A stretch of DNA of 64,000 nucleotides from positions 31,248,001-31,312,000 of the forward strand of contig OZ024753.1 in assembly GCA_964016885.1 (NCBI GenBank), given 5' to 3'. Below the pieces are notes generated by a model that saw nothing but the letters and a program-made list of their open reading frames with translations, was not told the origin of the DNA and ran no database searches. The translations under genes were made by a program, and so were the position numbers. Of this stretch, positions 38,146-52,932 are shown in pieces. Position 1 is the stretch's first letter. Each line of letters begins with the position of its first letter. This DNA is from Eledone cirrhosa (taxonomy: Eukaryota).

Positions 38146-41100
38146 ATGAATAAGAAAAAACTACAAGAAAGGAAAATCGAATATTCTCAAAAATACCCAG
38201 ATAACATCGACAACATCCGTATGAGTGATGTAAAACTACCGGAAGAATTTACCAATGACCACACAGTAAATATCTATGGGAACACTTTAATCAGTGAACA
38301 AGAACAACAAATCCTAAAGTTACCACCAAAATTTGCCATCTACAAAAAGATTAACCCTATGGAATGCAAAACGGAGCTGGAAAAGTGTTTCACAAAAATA
38401 CGTTGGAATGCAAAGGTAAACAACAACAACAATAATAACGGTAGTAGTAATATAAACAATAACTCTGGGTATAGAAATAACAGCCATAACCATAACAATG
38501 GCAGGAAAGTGAGAAATAGTGATAATGGTAATAATACTAGCGATAGACAGAACAACAACAACCACAATAATAATAATAATAGAAACGTTAACCACAGACA
38601 CAGCAACAGTGACCACAGTAGTAATAACGGTAACAATACGAACAACAACAACAACAATAACCACAGTGGTAATAATGGAAATAGTACATGTAGCAACATC
38701 AACAAAAACAAGAAACATAATAATAGTAACAACCACAATGGTAGAAATAGCAGTAACAACAACAACAATAACGGTGAAGTAAACAACAATACATCTAGCA
38801 ATCATAACAATAATAATATTAATGCTAATGATAGAAACAACAACAACCACCATGATAACAATAATAGCAACACACACAACTATGACGATAGAAATAACGA
38901 CAACCCCTTAGAGAAACTATTTTTCAACCCAGCTGACAAAACATATAAGATGGGTAATATCCATCCTACGAGGTTACCCTTTAATAAAAGAGTTTGCATA
39001 CCACAGCAAATAGATGACGACACGGAGGCACAGTTCACCATAGCTAGAAATAAGATTAGACAAGTAGTAGACAGGTACACTATGAGACAGAGCAGACCAG
39101 AGGCCCAACAACTTGGGATAAAACCTGTAGAAGGCTTGGTTAGCCTCAAGCAGCGCACAAGGGATGGTGAGGTAGTGTGTCTACCCACAGATAAGTCTGG
39201 TAGGATGTCAATAGATAGCATGCCGAACTACATCGAGGCAATGCAACCCCACATCACCAACACGAGCGAAGTTGCACAACTAACACACGATGGGAGAGAA
39301 AAAATCCTCAACGCTCACATGATGATGTGGACTGACATCCTAAAGCCAAGCAGACGCACTGCCAACAACTTCCAGGCGTCTAACAATGGCATACCACCCT
39401 TGTATGGGCTCCGCAAAGACCACAAGACAGTCGACGACCCGACAACAGGACCACCAACAAGACCCGTATGCGGAGCTAATATAGCTAGCAACTACAGGAT
39501 CTCCTACTTCCTCTCAATGGTTATACGCCCCATAATCAAGATATCCCCAGATGTATGTGAAAGTACAGAGGACCTCCTCAGCAGAATCAGTGAGTGCAAC
39601 AAAAACAGGAGCCTATCCAACTGCATAATAGGCAGCATGGATGTGGTGTCACTGTACCCATCCATTAACATTGATTTTGCTGTGAAAAGATGTGTGGAGA
39701 TGATCATTGAGAGTGAGGTGGAGTTCTGCGACGTCGACACAGACGAACTGGGCCTCCTACTTAGACTTACCTACGACACTGACTACCTAGACAGCCATGA
39801 CCTTAGATGTTTCTGCCCTAGTAGACCTATAAGAGGTAGACCCCCCCACCATAACCTCAATGGCTAAAAAGACTCCCATAGGAAGGTGGATTGGGTGGAC
39901 CAAAGCTATACGGACCCCCCAAAACACTGATCAGGTAAGAAAAATGGTCACACATGCAATAGGGGCTAGTATCAAAACTACCCTAAAGGGCCACATATTT
40001 AAGTTCAATGAGAAAATCTACACCCAAAATGAGGGAGCAGCCATCGGCGTCAGCATAGCTGGTGATGTTGCCAACCTTTTCATGGTATGGTGGGAAAGGA
40101 GACTTAAAGATCTCCTTAATGAAAGCTCCATAGACCTCATCATGTACTCTCGTTATGTAGACGATATCAATATAGTTATAAGAACACCCCCACTAGAGAG
40201 CACTAACAAGTTTGATTTAGAACGTAGCACGATGGAAAGCATCCAGCAGATAGCTAATTCCATACACCAGAGTATAACTGTAACTATAGACTTCCCTTCC
40301 AAACACCCTAACAATAGACTACCTGTATTAGACACAGAACTCTGGATTAACACTATAGACGAGAGAGCCCAAATTCTCCACTCACACTATGCTAAACCCA
40401 TGGCCTCCAAATACCTGATACTCAAAAACTCAGCAATGTCCAGTAGTGCTAAGTTTAATATTCTGATCGCAGATTTGGTACGAGTGATGAAGAATGTGTC
40501 CAGCATGTGCGACCCAACAGAAATGGAAGGACACATCCAACACTTCATCAACCGCATGCAGTTCTCTGGCTACAACCAAAGAGACAGAGTCAGAGTATAC
40601 GAAGGAGCCATGGAAAAGTATAAGACCCTCATAGAACTGGACATGAAAGGAATTTGCCCACTATACAGGAGCAAATCATGGAATAGCTTAGATAGGGCTA
40701 GACATAAGATAGGGAAGGCCACATCATGGTACGACAACCAGAGATATCAGAGTGTCATGTTTGTGGACGCCACCCCTGGAGGGAAATTAGCTAACCAGTG
40801 TAGAAAGGCCCTGAGAAAGACCCACTTAAAAATAAAGGTGGTAGAAAAGCCAGGAACCACCATAAAATCCCTGATCAGCAAAACCTACCCTTTTAAGAAA
40901 ACCCACTGTACCAATAGGAAATGTATCATATGTAAGGTGAACCCCCGGATAAACTGTAAAACTAGAAACGTAGTCTATAGCATAAGATGTACAGAGGGTA
41001 CTTGCAGAAACACGACAACAACATACATAGGTGAGACAGCTCGTAGCATAGGTGAAAGGATAGACCAACACTGGGGGGAACTAAAAGGACGAAAAAACGG

Positions 41101-41311
41101 GTCAGTACTATACGAACATGCTAGACAACAACATGACGGTAACATAGACAACATAGAAATTAGAATAATATCTAAACATAGGAATGACCCAGCAGATAGG
41201 CAAATCAGAGAGGCCAGTGAAATAGAAATTAGAAGACCAAAGCTAAACAGAAAGAATGAGTGGAACAACAACAACACCCAAACAAACAACACTGACCTAA
41301 GAGAAGTATAA
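38146..41311 (+). CDS. PLE RT-GIY-YIG polyprotein split by one +1 frameshift in a C run at ~39841
   Basis: LPPKFA, TDKSG, LRKDHK, TRPVC, GSMDVVSLYPSI, QNEGAAIG, RYVDD, LPVLD, FSGY, FVDATPGG, CxxxxCxxC linker, NVVYSIRC..YIGETARS..ER..QH, REA..I..LN; Asn-rich insert ~38418-38900. Confidence 0.93.
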
Positions 41312-41573
41312 GTAAATTAAATAAAATAAAATAAGATAAATAAATACATACACAAGCACATAAACACACACTAGTCACCCAGCAGACACAACACTATACA
41401 CACTAGTCACACATCACACATAACACTATACACACACGCAAACGCATGCGCAAAGAAGACAAAATAAAATAAGATAAACAAACAAGCAAATAAATAAATA
41501 AATATATAGACAGACTGAACAAAAAAAAAATGGCGTAGACATACAACACAACAGGAGGAACAATGAATATAAC

Positions 41574-41615
41574 ACCACTGACGATGTTGCAGATGTGCAA
41601 CGAAAGATTTATGTA
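41574..41615 (+). ncRNA. type I hammerhead, family C (also 49074-49117, 51847-51888, 62770-62813)
   Basis: ACCA|CTGACGA|T|GTTGCA-GATG-TGCAAC|GAAA|GATT|TA|TG; stem I weak (2-3 bp). Confidence 0.7.
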
Positions 41616-41890
41616 AATTATGTAAACTATATATATATGTGTTTGTCTATATTGTATCTGTATTATTTTTGACCGCCGGTCAGTCAATGGCAACATTGAG
41701 GACCGAGTAAGTTAGATCGCAGATATATATATATAAAAGACAGCGAGAAGCGAAAACCAACCAAACAGTGAGTGTGTTCTGTTATTAATTCTGGCAATAT
41801 TACGCAAATATGACCCTCCCCAAATATAACAATATCTGTTTCGACACACGATTTCATATAAAAAACCTCGCAAAACTAATTCATCGCCGC

Positions 41891-43085
<1,195 letters not shown>

Positions 43086-43159
43086 GCTACATACTTGATT
43101 ATTTTCATACTTGTATAATACACCTTGGCTTTCTATTATTCTAAACATAATAATTATAA

Positions 43160-43252
43160 TAATAATAGTTTCTACTTTTGGCACAAGTCCAGAAATTATT
43201 CCAGTGCATTACTGGTACTTTATTTAACCACCCGTTAAGGACGAAAGGCAAA
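43160..43252 (-). mobile_element. SINE 3' fragment
   Basis: TTTCTACTTTTGGCACAAG..CCAGTGCATTACTGGTACTTTATTT. Confidence 0.7.
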
Positions 43253-43479
43253 CAATAATAAAATAAGAAAAGGACACAAAAGAAATAAAAATAGGAAAAT
43301 ATAGAGAAAAAAGAGAAAGAAAGAAAAAAAGAATGTGAAGGTGAGGGGATGGCAAGAATTCTGGTGTCGCAGACAGGACCTCAAAATCATATAATAAATA
43401 GATGGAATATATATGTATATATGAGAGAGAGAAAGAATATAGATATGTGTATATCATATATATATATAAAATCGATAAA

Positions 43480-46400
43480 AACTACAACAACAGCTGTACT
43501 CCATACAGATGACTCAGCAAAACCAGGCAACATTGATACAAAGGCTGACACCTGGACTTACAGGGCACATACAACAAATACAGACAGCCCAGCAGACCGA
43601 ATATCCAGTCAGCACAGTCCCAGCAACTACAACAGTCTTGCCAACAATAGGGCAGATGTATCCGGTACAACAAGCATAATAACAGCAAATATCCAGGGTC
43701 TTTATCCGAAAAAAAAACAGTGTAAAGTCCCTTTCTTGGAAGAATTAGCAACAAAAAACAACTCCAAAATAATTGGAATTACTGAAAGTCATCTCAACGA
43801 AAACATCCGCAACAGCGAAATCTCAATCAATGGATTCAACATCTTCAGATGTGATAGACAAGGCAGATCCCATGGGGGCGTTATCATGTATATCCATGAT
43901 ACCTATACATGCATAGAACTTGTCAATGAATGAAATGCCTACTGCAACCTGCTGTGCATAAAAATCATCCAACTTAATACAGTTGTAACAATAATGTACA
44001 GACCGCCAAACAACCCAACACTATCCTTCACTGAGCCACTGACAAAGCTACAACAAATTCTGGAAAACATGGCGAGTCCAATGCCAGACATTATCCTCCT
44101 TGGTGACTTCAACTTCCCTAACATCATCTGGCCACATGGACACATACTAAAACTGGGGACAAAAGCTGAACAAATACAGGCAGCCAAACTGTTGGAAGTC
44201 ACAGAGAAATTATACCTCAAACAAATGATGACAGAAGCAACTAGAAATAATAATACGATCGACTTGGTTTTCACCAACAACGAGGACACGCTATTTGACC
44301 TTCACTCAACCCCAACAATCCTTTCAGACCACAATATTATTGAAATGCATTTACACATTGGTAATGAGCCCAATGCCACAACTCTTAAACAAAAGGACAT
44401 GCCAAAGCTATGCAGGTATGATTATCACCAGGCAAATTGGGAAACTATTAACAACCAGTTACAAATCATTGACTGGGATCTCTACCTTACTGGGCCAGAT
44501 AAACACAAGAAATTCTTAAACAAGATCGAAGAAATATGTGCCAAAAATATTCCTCTTAAGAAAACCAAATCCACAAAAAAAAACCTGTACCACGGGAGCG
44601 AAAGATCCTGATGCGCAAAAGGTCAAGACTAAGAAACAAAACATCTAAGCTGACATCAAAACATGAACTACAGAAAGTCCTTGACCAAATATACAGATTA
44701 GAAGCCAATCTAAAACAACACTATGTTGAAGAACGTAACAATGAAGAAAGGAGAGCCATAGAAAACATCAAGAAAAATCCAAAATGTTTCTACAGTTTTG
44801 CAAAGAAATACTCGAATACCAAGTCAACAATAGGACCTCTCCAGAGACAAAATGGGGATGTAGTGAATAACCCATGGCAGAAATGTTGGGTCAACAGTAT
44901 GAAAGTGTCTTCAGTGAGCCATCTAAAACCATGAAGATCCATGACCCATGAGAATTCTTCAAGGATATCGACCATACTAAACCTACCCTATCCGACATTG
45001 ATTTCAACCCAGAAGACATAGAAAGAGCCATAGACAAGCTCTCCATGACCTCGGCTGCGGGGCCTGATGGTTTCAATGCCATGATACTTAAAAACTGCAA
45101 GGTACAATTGTTGAAACCCCTTTACATGATATGGAAGGAATCTATGGAGAATGGCAAAATACCAAATACATATAAAGAAGCACACATAACTCCAATACAT
45201 AAAGGGGACAGCAAATCAAAACCAAAGAACTACCGACCAATCTCACTGACATCACACATTATCAAGGTCTTCGAAAGAATAGTTCGTGGAAAACTGGTTG
45301 AGTTCCTGGAATCCAACAATCTGATGAATTGCAATCAGCATGGATTCAGGTTAGGTAGATCATGTATTTCCCAACTACTGGCACACCATGACCAAATCCT
45401 AGAAAATCTAGAGAATGGATACAACACAGATGTTATTTACCTCGACTTTACCAAGGCATTTGACAAGGTAGATCATGGCATCCTGGGACACAAACTTCGA
45501 AAGCTAGGAGTAGGAGGAAAAGTTGGTACATGGATACATGAGTTCCTTACAAATAGAACTCAAACAGTCACTGTGAATGGAACCCATTCAACACCATCAC
45601 CTGTGACCAGCAGTGTTCCTCAGGGTACAGTACTCGGCCCGATCCTGTTTCTCAACCTCATCTCTGACATAGATGAAGATACAACCAGCAACGTCTCATC
45701 CTTTGCTGATGACACCAGGGTGATGAGACAAATCAAAGACGAGGTGGATACAGAGGCCTTACTAAAGGACCTAACTACCATATACAAATGGCAGGAAACA
45801 AACAACATGTTGTTCAATGATAAGAAGTTTGAACTAATTCGCTACGGAACAGATCAAGATCTGAAAAATACAACAAACTACAGAAACCCATCAGGACAAC
45901 AAATAATGGAAAAACAGTGTGTGAAAGATTTAGGCATCCACATGGGAACCAGCCTAAAATTCAGAGAACACCTTGACTCAGTCTGTCTTACTGCAAGAAA
46001 GTACAGCGGGTGGATCTTGCGCACCTTCAAATCAAGAGATACCTCAACAATGAAAACCCTCTGGAACAGTATGATACTTCTGAGGATTGACTACTGTTCT
46101 CAGTTGTGGTCACCAACAACAAAGGGCCAACTATCTAAGATGGAATCGCTCCACAGAAATTTTACCTCATACTTCTCAGAAACGAGGGAGCTGGACTATT
46201 GGCAAAGACTCAAAACCTTGAAGATGTACTCAATAGAAAGAAGATTTGAGCGATACCGAATTATATACATTTGGAAAATGATAGAGCAAAAGGTGCCAAA
46301 CTTTGGTATCAAAACCTACCACTCACTGCGCCACGGAAGAAGCTGCCAGCTACCACCAATCAACAAAAGGGCTGGCCAGGCAGCAAAAACCCTGCGAGAG

Positions 46401-46695
46401 TCAAGTCTGTTGGTTCGAGGGGCACAACTATTCAACTCCATTCCGGTACATGTCAGAAATCTATCAGGATGCAGTGTGGAATCATTCAAATTGCAGCTGG
46501 ATAGATACTTAAGCACCATTAGAGATGAACCCCATCTCCCAGGATATACACAACGAGTACAAACTGACTCAAACTCGTTCCTACACATGTCAAAATTAAA
46601 CAGAGAATCCAACCTGGCAACCACACCAGACTCCGAGGGTGGAGTCTTCGACTTGGCCTGAGCATGGACTCAAACTCAAATGAAATGAAATGAAA
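43480..46695 (+). pseudogene. CR1-group LINE ORF2 (APE endonuclease + RT), with one stop and two frameshifts, and a (TGAAA)n tail
   Basis: ANIQGL, GITESHL, RCDR..HGGV, YRPP, LLGDFN, TRNNNTIDLVF, SDHNII; AGPDG, NYRPISLT, QHGFR, YLDFTKAFDKVDH, VPQGTVLGP, FADD; ends TGAAATGAAATGAAA. Confidence 0.93.
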
Positions 46696-46732
<37 letters not shown>

Positions 46733-46736
<4 letters not shown>

Positions 46737-46956
46737 ATCAAAAGATGGTTAAAAGAGTTCCATGTATTTTATTATGCGCATTTCAAAAACAAATATCATC
46801 ATGCAATAACATTTGCGTTTTCGTCAGATAAAATCGGGAGACATGATTAAAACACACTTGTGAATAGTGCAGTTTTAAATCAACATCTACAAATTGTAGA
46901 GTGCTACTTATCCGATATCTGCATTGCTTTATTGTACTACAATAAAACTCACCTCC

Positions 46957-46960
<4 letters not shown>
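46733..46960 (-). mobile_element. Family A pseudo-LTR with intact hammerhead, joined to an inverted tail
   Basis: Minus strand CTGACGA core; 46886-46960 is the reverse complement of 8970-9040. Confidence 0.85.
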
Positions 46961-47012
<52 letters not shown>

Positions 47013-47079
47013 AAAGAGAATATAGATATGTGTATATCATATATATATATATCAGAGAATGAGAATATAGATATATATG

Positions 47080-47128
<49 letters not shown>

Positions 47129-47227
47129 GATAGAGAGAGAGAATATAGATATGTATATATATATATATCATAGAGAGAGAAAATATATATTTATATATAT
47201 GTATATATATATAATGATAATATATAT

Positions 47228-47345
47228 AAACGGAAAAATGAAACGAAATTTCATTTCCCACTCTTAGTACGATTGTTACTTAAATATAAGTATGTATACG
47301 TACATACATATATGTATACAGACGTACAGTAGTATGTATAGATAT
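47228..47345 (+). repeat. short dispersed repeat, also at ~60750-60865 with an inverted partial copy at ~60983-61043
   Basis: AAAATGAAA(A)CGAAATTTCATTT.CACTCTTAGTA..TTACTTAAAT.TAAGTATG..CAGACGTACAGTAG. Confidence 0.8.
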
Positions 47346-48207
47346 AACATACATGCAGAGATATATATATGTACGTATGGATTCACCAAACATTTATTAT
47401 AATACTCGGTGTGTTTGTAAACAAACATCCCGTATTAAGCCGTAGTGTCTAGCAACCATCGTTGCTCGTTTGTTCAACACTGACAAAGGAACGCTGTACT
47501 AGTTTCAAGCTTGTTAGCTATCGTCAGCAACGTATACCTTCCTGCCAGATGGTTGAACGTCCGAAAGTATATACTTCCCTTATGCATATTAACGGCTGAT
47601 AAAATATATAGATATATAGATAGATAGATAGATAGATAGATAATGTGTGTGTGAGTGTATAATAATTGCCTACATTCATATCCAGATCTATAGATAGGCA
47701 GAAGCTTTAAAAGTATTATGGCTTAAAATACAATCTCGAGATTACATATCAATATTTATCTAGATAGTTGTGATAACAAAGGCCAATTCCAACATGATAT
47801 AAACTCCAGGGTTAAAGAAATTTTAAAATGTTCATTCAGAAAAATATGACCTTTCAACCGAAAAATATGACCTTTTAGAACTATACAGAAATATCATAAT
47901 TTTGTTTCCTTATATAAATATATATATTTCTATAAACACAGACACGCACGCACACACTCACGCGTACACACCCACACGCGTGTGTGTGAGTGTGCGTTTG
48001 TATGTTTCTCTCTCCCTCTCACTCTTTCTCTCTCTATCTATCTATATCTATATATATATATATATATAGTAACTCATATAAATTACCACGTTTAAGAAAC
48101 CAGACGTAATTAATGTTATGTAATTAATAAATATGTAGCTCTTCTATTTTTTATAGAGTTTCCTCTCAAACTTTTATTTATTATTACGCTACATACACTG
48201 CATGGAA

Positions 48208-48250
<43 letters not shown>

Positions 48251-48305
48251 CTCTCTCTCTCTCTCTCCATATACATGTATATATATATTAGTTAAATCCA
48301 TGGAA

Positions 48306-48532
48306 AAAGCAAAGGAAAAAAGAGTGTTCTGTGTATAGAAAGGAGGCATTTAATTAGAAAGTAAACAACACATTATATAACCACTCCATTACCAAAGGTA
48401 ATATATGTCTAGACCGTTTATCTGTCAAGGATCCAGAAACCTTTGCTAATGGAGTAGTTATATATTGTGTTGTTTACTTTCTAATTAAATGCCTCCTTTC
48501 TATACACAGAACACTCTTTTTTCCTTTGCTTT
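48306..48532. repeat. ~94-bp-arm inverted repeat with ~39-bp spacer
   Basis: 48306-48399 vs 48439-48532, a few mismatches. Confidence 0.9.
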
Positions 48533-48661
48533 ATATATATAAAGAGTGAAAGAAAGAGATTGAGATATGTAAAATCGTATATCTCTATACCCACTCACCA
48601 TCATCCTATGCATTGCGTACTTCCTTGATTAGTTGTCTCCCCGGTCTCAGTACCGCACACA

Positions 48662-48797
<136 letters not shown>

Positions 48798-48997
48798 GCT
48801 TGGTATATTTTGTGTTAGTTAATCAACCAACACGAGTGTACGCAGGATAGAACACTTGAAGTATTCCTGTAGGTCTGTGTAGTCTAGGGTATTGGTATAA
48901 TGATGAAATAGAAGCCAGTAGATCAATAAAATTAGGCAAATTCTACTTCATTGCTCTTTCTCTTTCTCTCTCTCTCCCTCTCTCTCTCACTCTCTCT

Positions 48998-49362
48998 CGG
49001 AAACAAGAATAAATAAATAAAGTAAAAATGGCGTAGACATTACAGTACAATACAATGGGAGGAAACATAATAGTACCATTGATGATGCTGCAGATGTGCA
49101 ACGAAAGAACTTTGATAGACTATATATATATATATATTTATATCTGTATTTTGAACCAATGATAAATCAATGAAAAATATTGATTGACAAATAAATTAAC
49201 TATGGAGATATAAAAGATACAGAAGTGAAAACCAACCAAACAGTGAGTGTCTTCTGTTATTATTTCTGGCAATATTATTACAACAATATGACCCTCCCCA
49301 AGTATAACAATATTTGTTTCTACAGACGATTTCATATAAAAAACCTTGCAAATCAAATTCAT
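48998..49362 (+). mobile_element. Family C solo pseudo-LTR with tail; then an unrelated 49386-49515 segment, a SINE 3' part (49520-49592) and a re-copied pLTR end (49593-49631)
   Basis: AAAATGGCGTAGAC, hammerhead, AACCAACCAAACAGTGAG, ATGACCCTCCCCAAGTATAACAATAT, tail as at 41835-41884. Confidence 0.85.
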
Positions 49363-49625
49363 ATATATATATATATATATATATATGGTGGCTGCCAACT
49401 CGTTTTCGAGTACGGCCACTACTTGATATCCATGTAGGAGAACCCCTACCGATACGCTGAACGAGTGTGACTTTTTAGTCCAGTCAGCGACTTGAAAACT
49501 CTTGTACAAACACTACACTTACGGGGTCGATAAAATAAAGTAACAGTAATGAACTGGGTAATTGCTGGCCTTGTGCCTAAAGTAGAAACAAATATTATTA
49601 CAACAATATGACCCTCGCCAAGTTT

Positions 49626-49671
<46 letters not shown>

Positions 49672-49673
<2 letters not shown>

Positions 49674-49804
49674 ATAATAAATGTGAAGGCTAAAATCGGA
49701 AGAGGGCTCGATAAGGATTATATATGACTTTATTTATTATTTCAGAAGATCCCGTTAAGGGTGAAAGCAGCGATTTATTGCTTAAACTTTAATATATTCT
49801 AATA

Positions 49805-49805
<1 letters not shown>
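49672..49805 (+). mobile_element. Family F unit with variant hammerhead (49739-49787)
   Basis: TTT|CAGAAGA|T CCC-GTTAA-GGG T|GAAA GCAG-CGATTTA-TTGC T|T|AAA. Confidence 0.6.
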
Positions 49806-49865
<60 letters not shown>

Positions 49866-49949
49866 GACATATGTAGTGCATCTCAGCACTGCATCTCATC
49901 ACTGTACACAATAATTTTCATTAACATTATATATATATATATATATGTG

Positions 49950-50000
<51 letters not shown>

Positions 50001-50529
50001 GTATATGTATATATATATATATGTATATGTATATATATATGTATATATATGTATATATGTATATGTATATATATATATATACATATATATGTATATGTAT
50101 ATATATATGTATATATGTATATATATATGTGTATATGTATATATATATGTATATATGTATATGTATATATATATGTATATATATGTATATGTATATATAT
50201 ATGTATATATGTATATATGTATATGTATATATATATGTATATATATATGTATATATATATATATATGTATATATGTATATGTATATATATATGTATATAT
50301 GTATATGTATATATATATGTATATATGTATATGTATATATATATGTATATATGTATATGTATATATATATGTATATATGTATATGTATATATATATGTAT
50401 ATATGTATATGTATATATATATCTATATATATATATATATATGTATATATAATATATGTATATGTATATATATATCTATATATATATATATATATGTATA
50501 TATAATATATGTCTATATATATATATGTC

Positions 50530-50560
<31 letters not shown>

Positions 50561-50617
50561 GTCTATATATATATGTCTATATATATATATGTATATATAT
50601 ATATGTATATATATATA

Positions 50618-50676
<59 letters not shown>

Positions 50677-50696
50677 GAGAGAGAGAGAGAGAGAGA

Positions 50697-51225
50697 ATTA
50701 GTACATCTACCAACATATGTGTACAGATGTACACTCATACTAGCAAATTTATAAGTTATGTCTTAGTACCTATGTGGTTCTATGCAGATGAATGCAGAAC
50801 AATTATATGAAAGACTTAACTTAAGAAAATTTTATAAATTAAAAATCAACTTACTAAGATTTTCACTCCAACTAATTAGTTTCTGTAATGGGATAAATAT
50901 AGTTACATAATATATATAACTATAGAGAATTCATTACATTGTAGGGAGTCTATTCTCAGCTAAGTTCCCAGGCAATGCGCGGACACGAGGATCCCATATA
51001 AAAATAATAATTCAGTAGATGGAAAGAAGCTAGCGTGGACTAAATTCCGCGCATTGCCTAGGAACTTAGCTGAGAATAGACTCCCTGATGACGTAATGAA
51101 TTCTCTATAGTTATATATATTATGTAACTATATTTATCCCATTACAGAAACTAATTAGTTGGAGTGAAAATTTTAGTAAGTTGATTTTTAATTTTTAAAA
51201 TTTTCTTATTTTACGTCTTTCATAT
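50697..51225. mobile_element. Family G pseudo-LTR fold-back pair (arms 50805-50983 and 51046-51225; tail 50697-50804)
   Basis: ~180-bp inverted arms in microsatellite. Confidence 0.85.
51080..51165 (+). ncRNA. type I hammerhead ribozyme, family G
   Basis: ACTCC|CTGATGA|C GTAATG..TATAGTTATATA-TAT-TATGTAACTATA..CATTAC A|GAAA|CTAATTAG|TT|GGAGT. Confidence 0.85.
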
Positions 51226-51236
51226 ATATAAATATA

Positions 51237-51324
<88 letters not shown>

Positions 51325-51509
51325 GTATATATATGTATATATAGATCTGGACTATATTTGTAATATGGTTCAAAATTTTATCCACCTCCTTAGTGATTTT
51401 TATTATATATTTTTACCCATAATCTTCCAATACTTTAGTGTATGTACACTCCGTATTCTTCGGAGTTTTCGGCTTGTATTGGCCGATAGTGCTTCTTGTG
51501 GTTTTGAGT

Positions 51510-51547
51510 GCCCCGATGAGTCCTTAATAGGACGAAACATTGTTGGC
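51510..51547 (+). ncRNA. minimal hammerhead (U4C core) in island 51342-51592, followed by AATAAA
   Basis: GCC|CCGATGA|GTCC-TTAATA-GGAC|GAAA C-ATT-G TT|GGC. Confidence 0.65.
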
Positions 51548-51623
51548 TAATAAAGACGTTTGATGTATTGAAGGCTTCTTTGCTTTATTTTCATAATATA
51601 TATATATATATGTATATATATAT

Positions 51624-52160
51624 ATGAATTAGTTTTGCGAAGTTTTTATATGATATCGTGGGTCGAAACAATTATTGTTATACTTGGGGAAGGTCATATT
51701 TGTGTATAAACAAAACACTATACACACACGTAAACGCATGCGCAAAGAAGACAAAATAAAATAAACAAACAAACAAATAAATAAATATATAAGCAGACGA
51801 AATAAAGATGGCGTAGAGATACAATGTAACGGGAGGAAACAATAGCACCACTGACGATGTTGCAGATGTGCAACGAAAGAACTTTGATAAACTATTTATA
51901 TATGCCAAGGGCGGTGCCCCAGCATGGCCTCAGCAGGATGGCTGAAACAGGTAAAAGAGTAAAAGAGTATGTGTTTGTGTCTATATTGTATCTGTATTAT
52001 TTTTGACCGTTGGTCAGTCAATGGCAACATTGAGGACCGATTAAATTAGATTACCGATATAAAAGACACAGAAGCAAAAAGCGAAAACCAACCAAACAAT
52101 GAGTTTGTTCTGTTATTAATTCTGGTAATATAACACAAATATGACCGAAGTATAACAATA
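51624..52160 (+). mobile_element. Family C pseudo-LTR preceded by its own inverted 3' end+tail (51624-51705) and interrupted by a LINE/SINE 3' end (51905-51968)
   Basis: Homologous to 41420-41884. Confidence 0.85.
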
Positions 52161-52238
52161 TATATATATGTATATATATATATATATGTATATATGTATA
52201 TGTATATATGTATATATGTATATGTATATATATGTATG

Positions 52239-52269
<31 letters not shown>

Positions 52270-52480
52270 GTATATATGTATATATATGTATATATATATA
52301 TGTGTATATATATATGTATATATGTATATATATGTATATATATGTGTATATATATATATGTATATATGTTTATATATGTATATATGTTTATATATGTATA
52401 TATATATATATGTGTATATATATATGTGTATATATATGTGTATATATAAATGTGTATATATATGTGTATATATATATGTG

Positions 52481-52529
<49 letters not shown>

Positions 52530-52546
52530 GTGTATATATATATGTG

Positions 52547-52615
<69 letters not shown>

Positions 52616-52670
52616 GTATATATATATATGTATATATATATATGTATATATATATGTATATATATATATG

Positions 52671-52717
<47 letters not shown>

Positions 52718-52757
52718 GTATATGTATATATATATATGTATATATATATACATATAC

Positions 52758-52806
<49 letters not shown>

Positions 52807-52864
52807 CATATATATATATACATATATATATACATATATACATATATATATATACATATACATA

Positions 52865-52932
<68 letters not shown>

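Larger units (their letters stand above)
37857..41890 (+). mobile_element. Penelope-like element (Naiad-like): inverted 5' pLTR (37857-38094), 5'-truncated ORF, 3' pLTR family C with hammerhead and tail (~41420-41890)
   Basis: 37857-38091 is the reverse complement of ~41586-41822; RT+GIY-YIG between; TTTA-interrupted (TA)n on both flanks. Confidence 0.92.

Noticed and set aside
38320-38877. Leu/Val-rich antisense ORFs
   Set aside because: Complement of the Asn-rich (AAY)n insert
43931-43933. In-frame TGA in the CR1-group endonuclease as programmed readthrough
   Set aside because: Copy also has frameshifts; a point nonsense mutation is simpler
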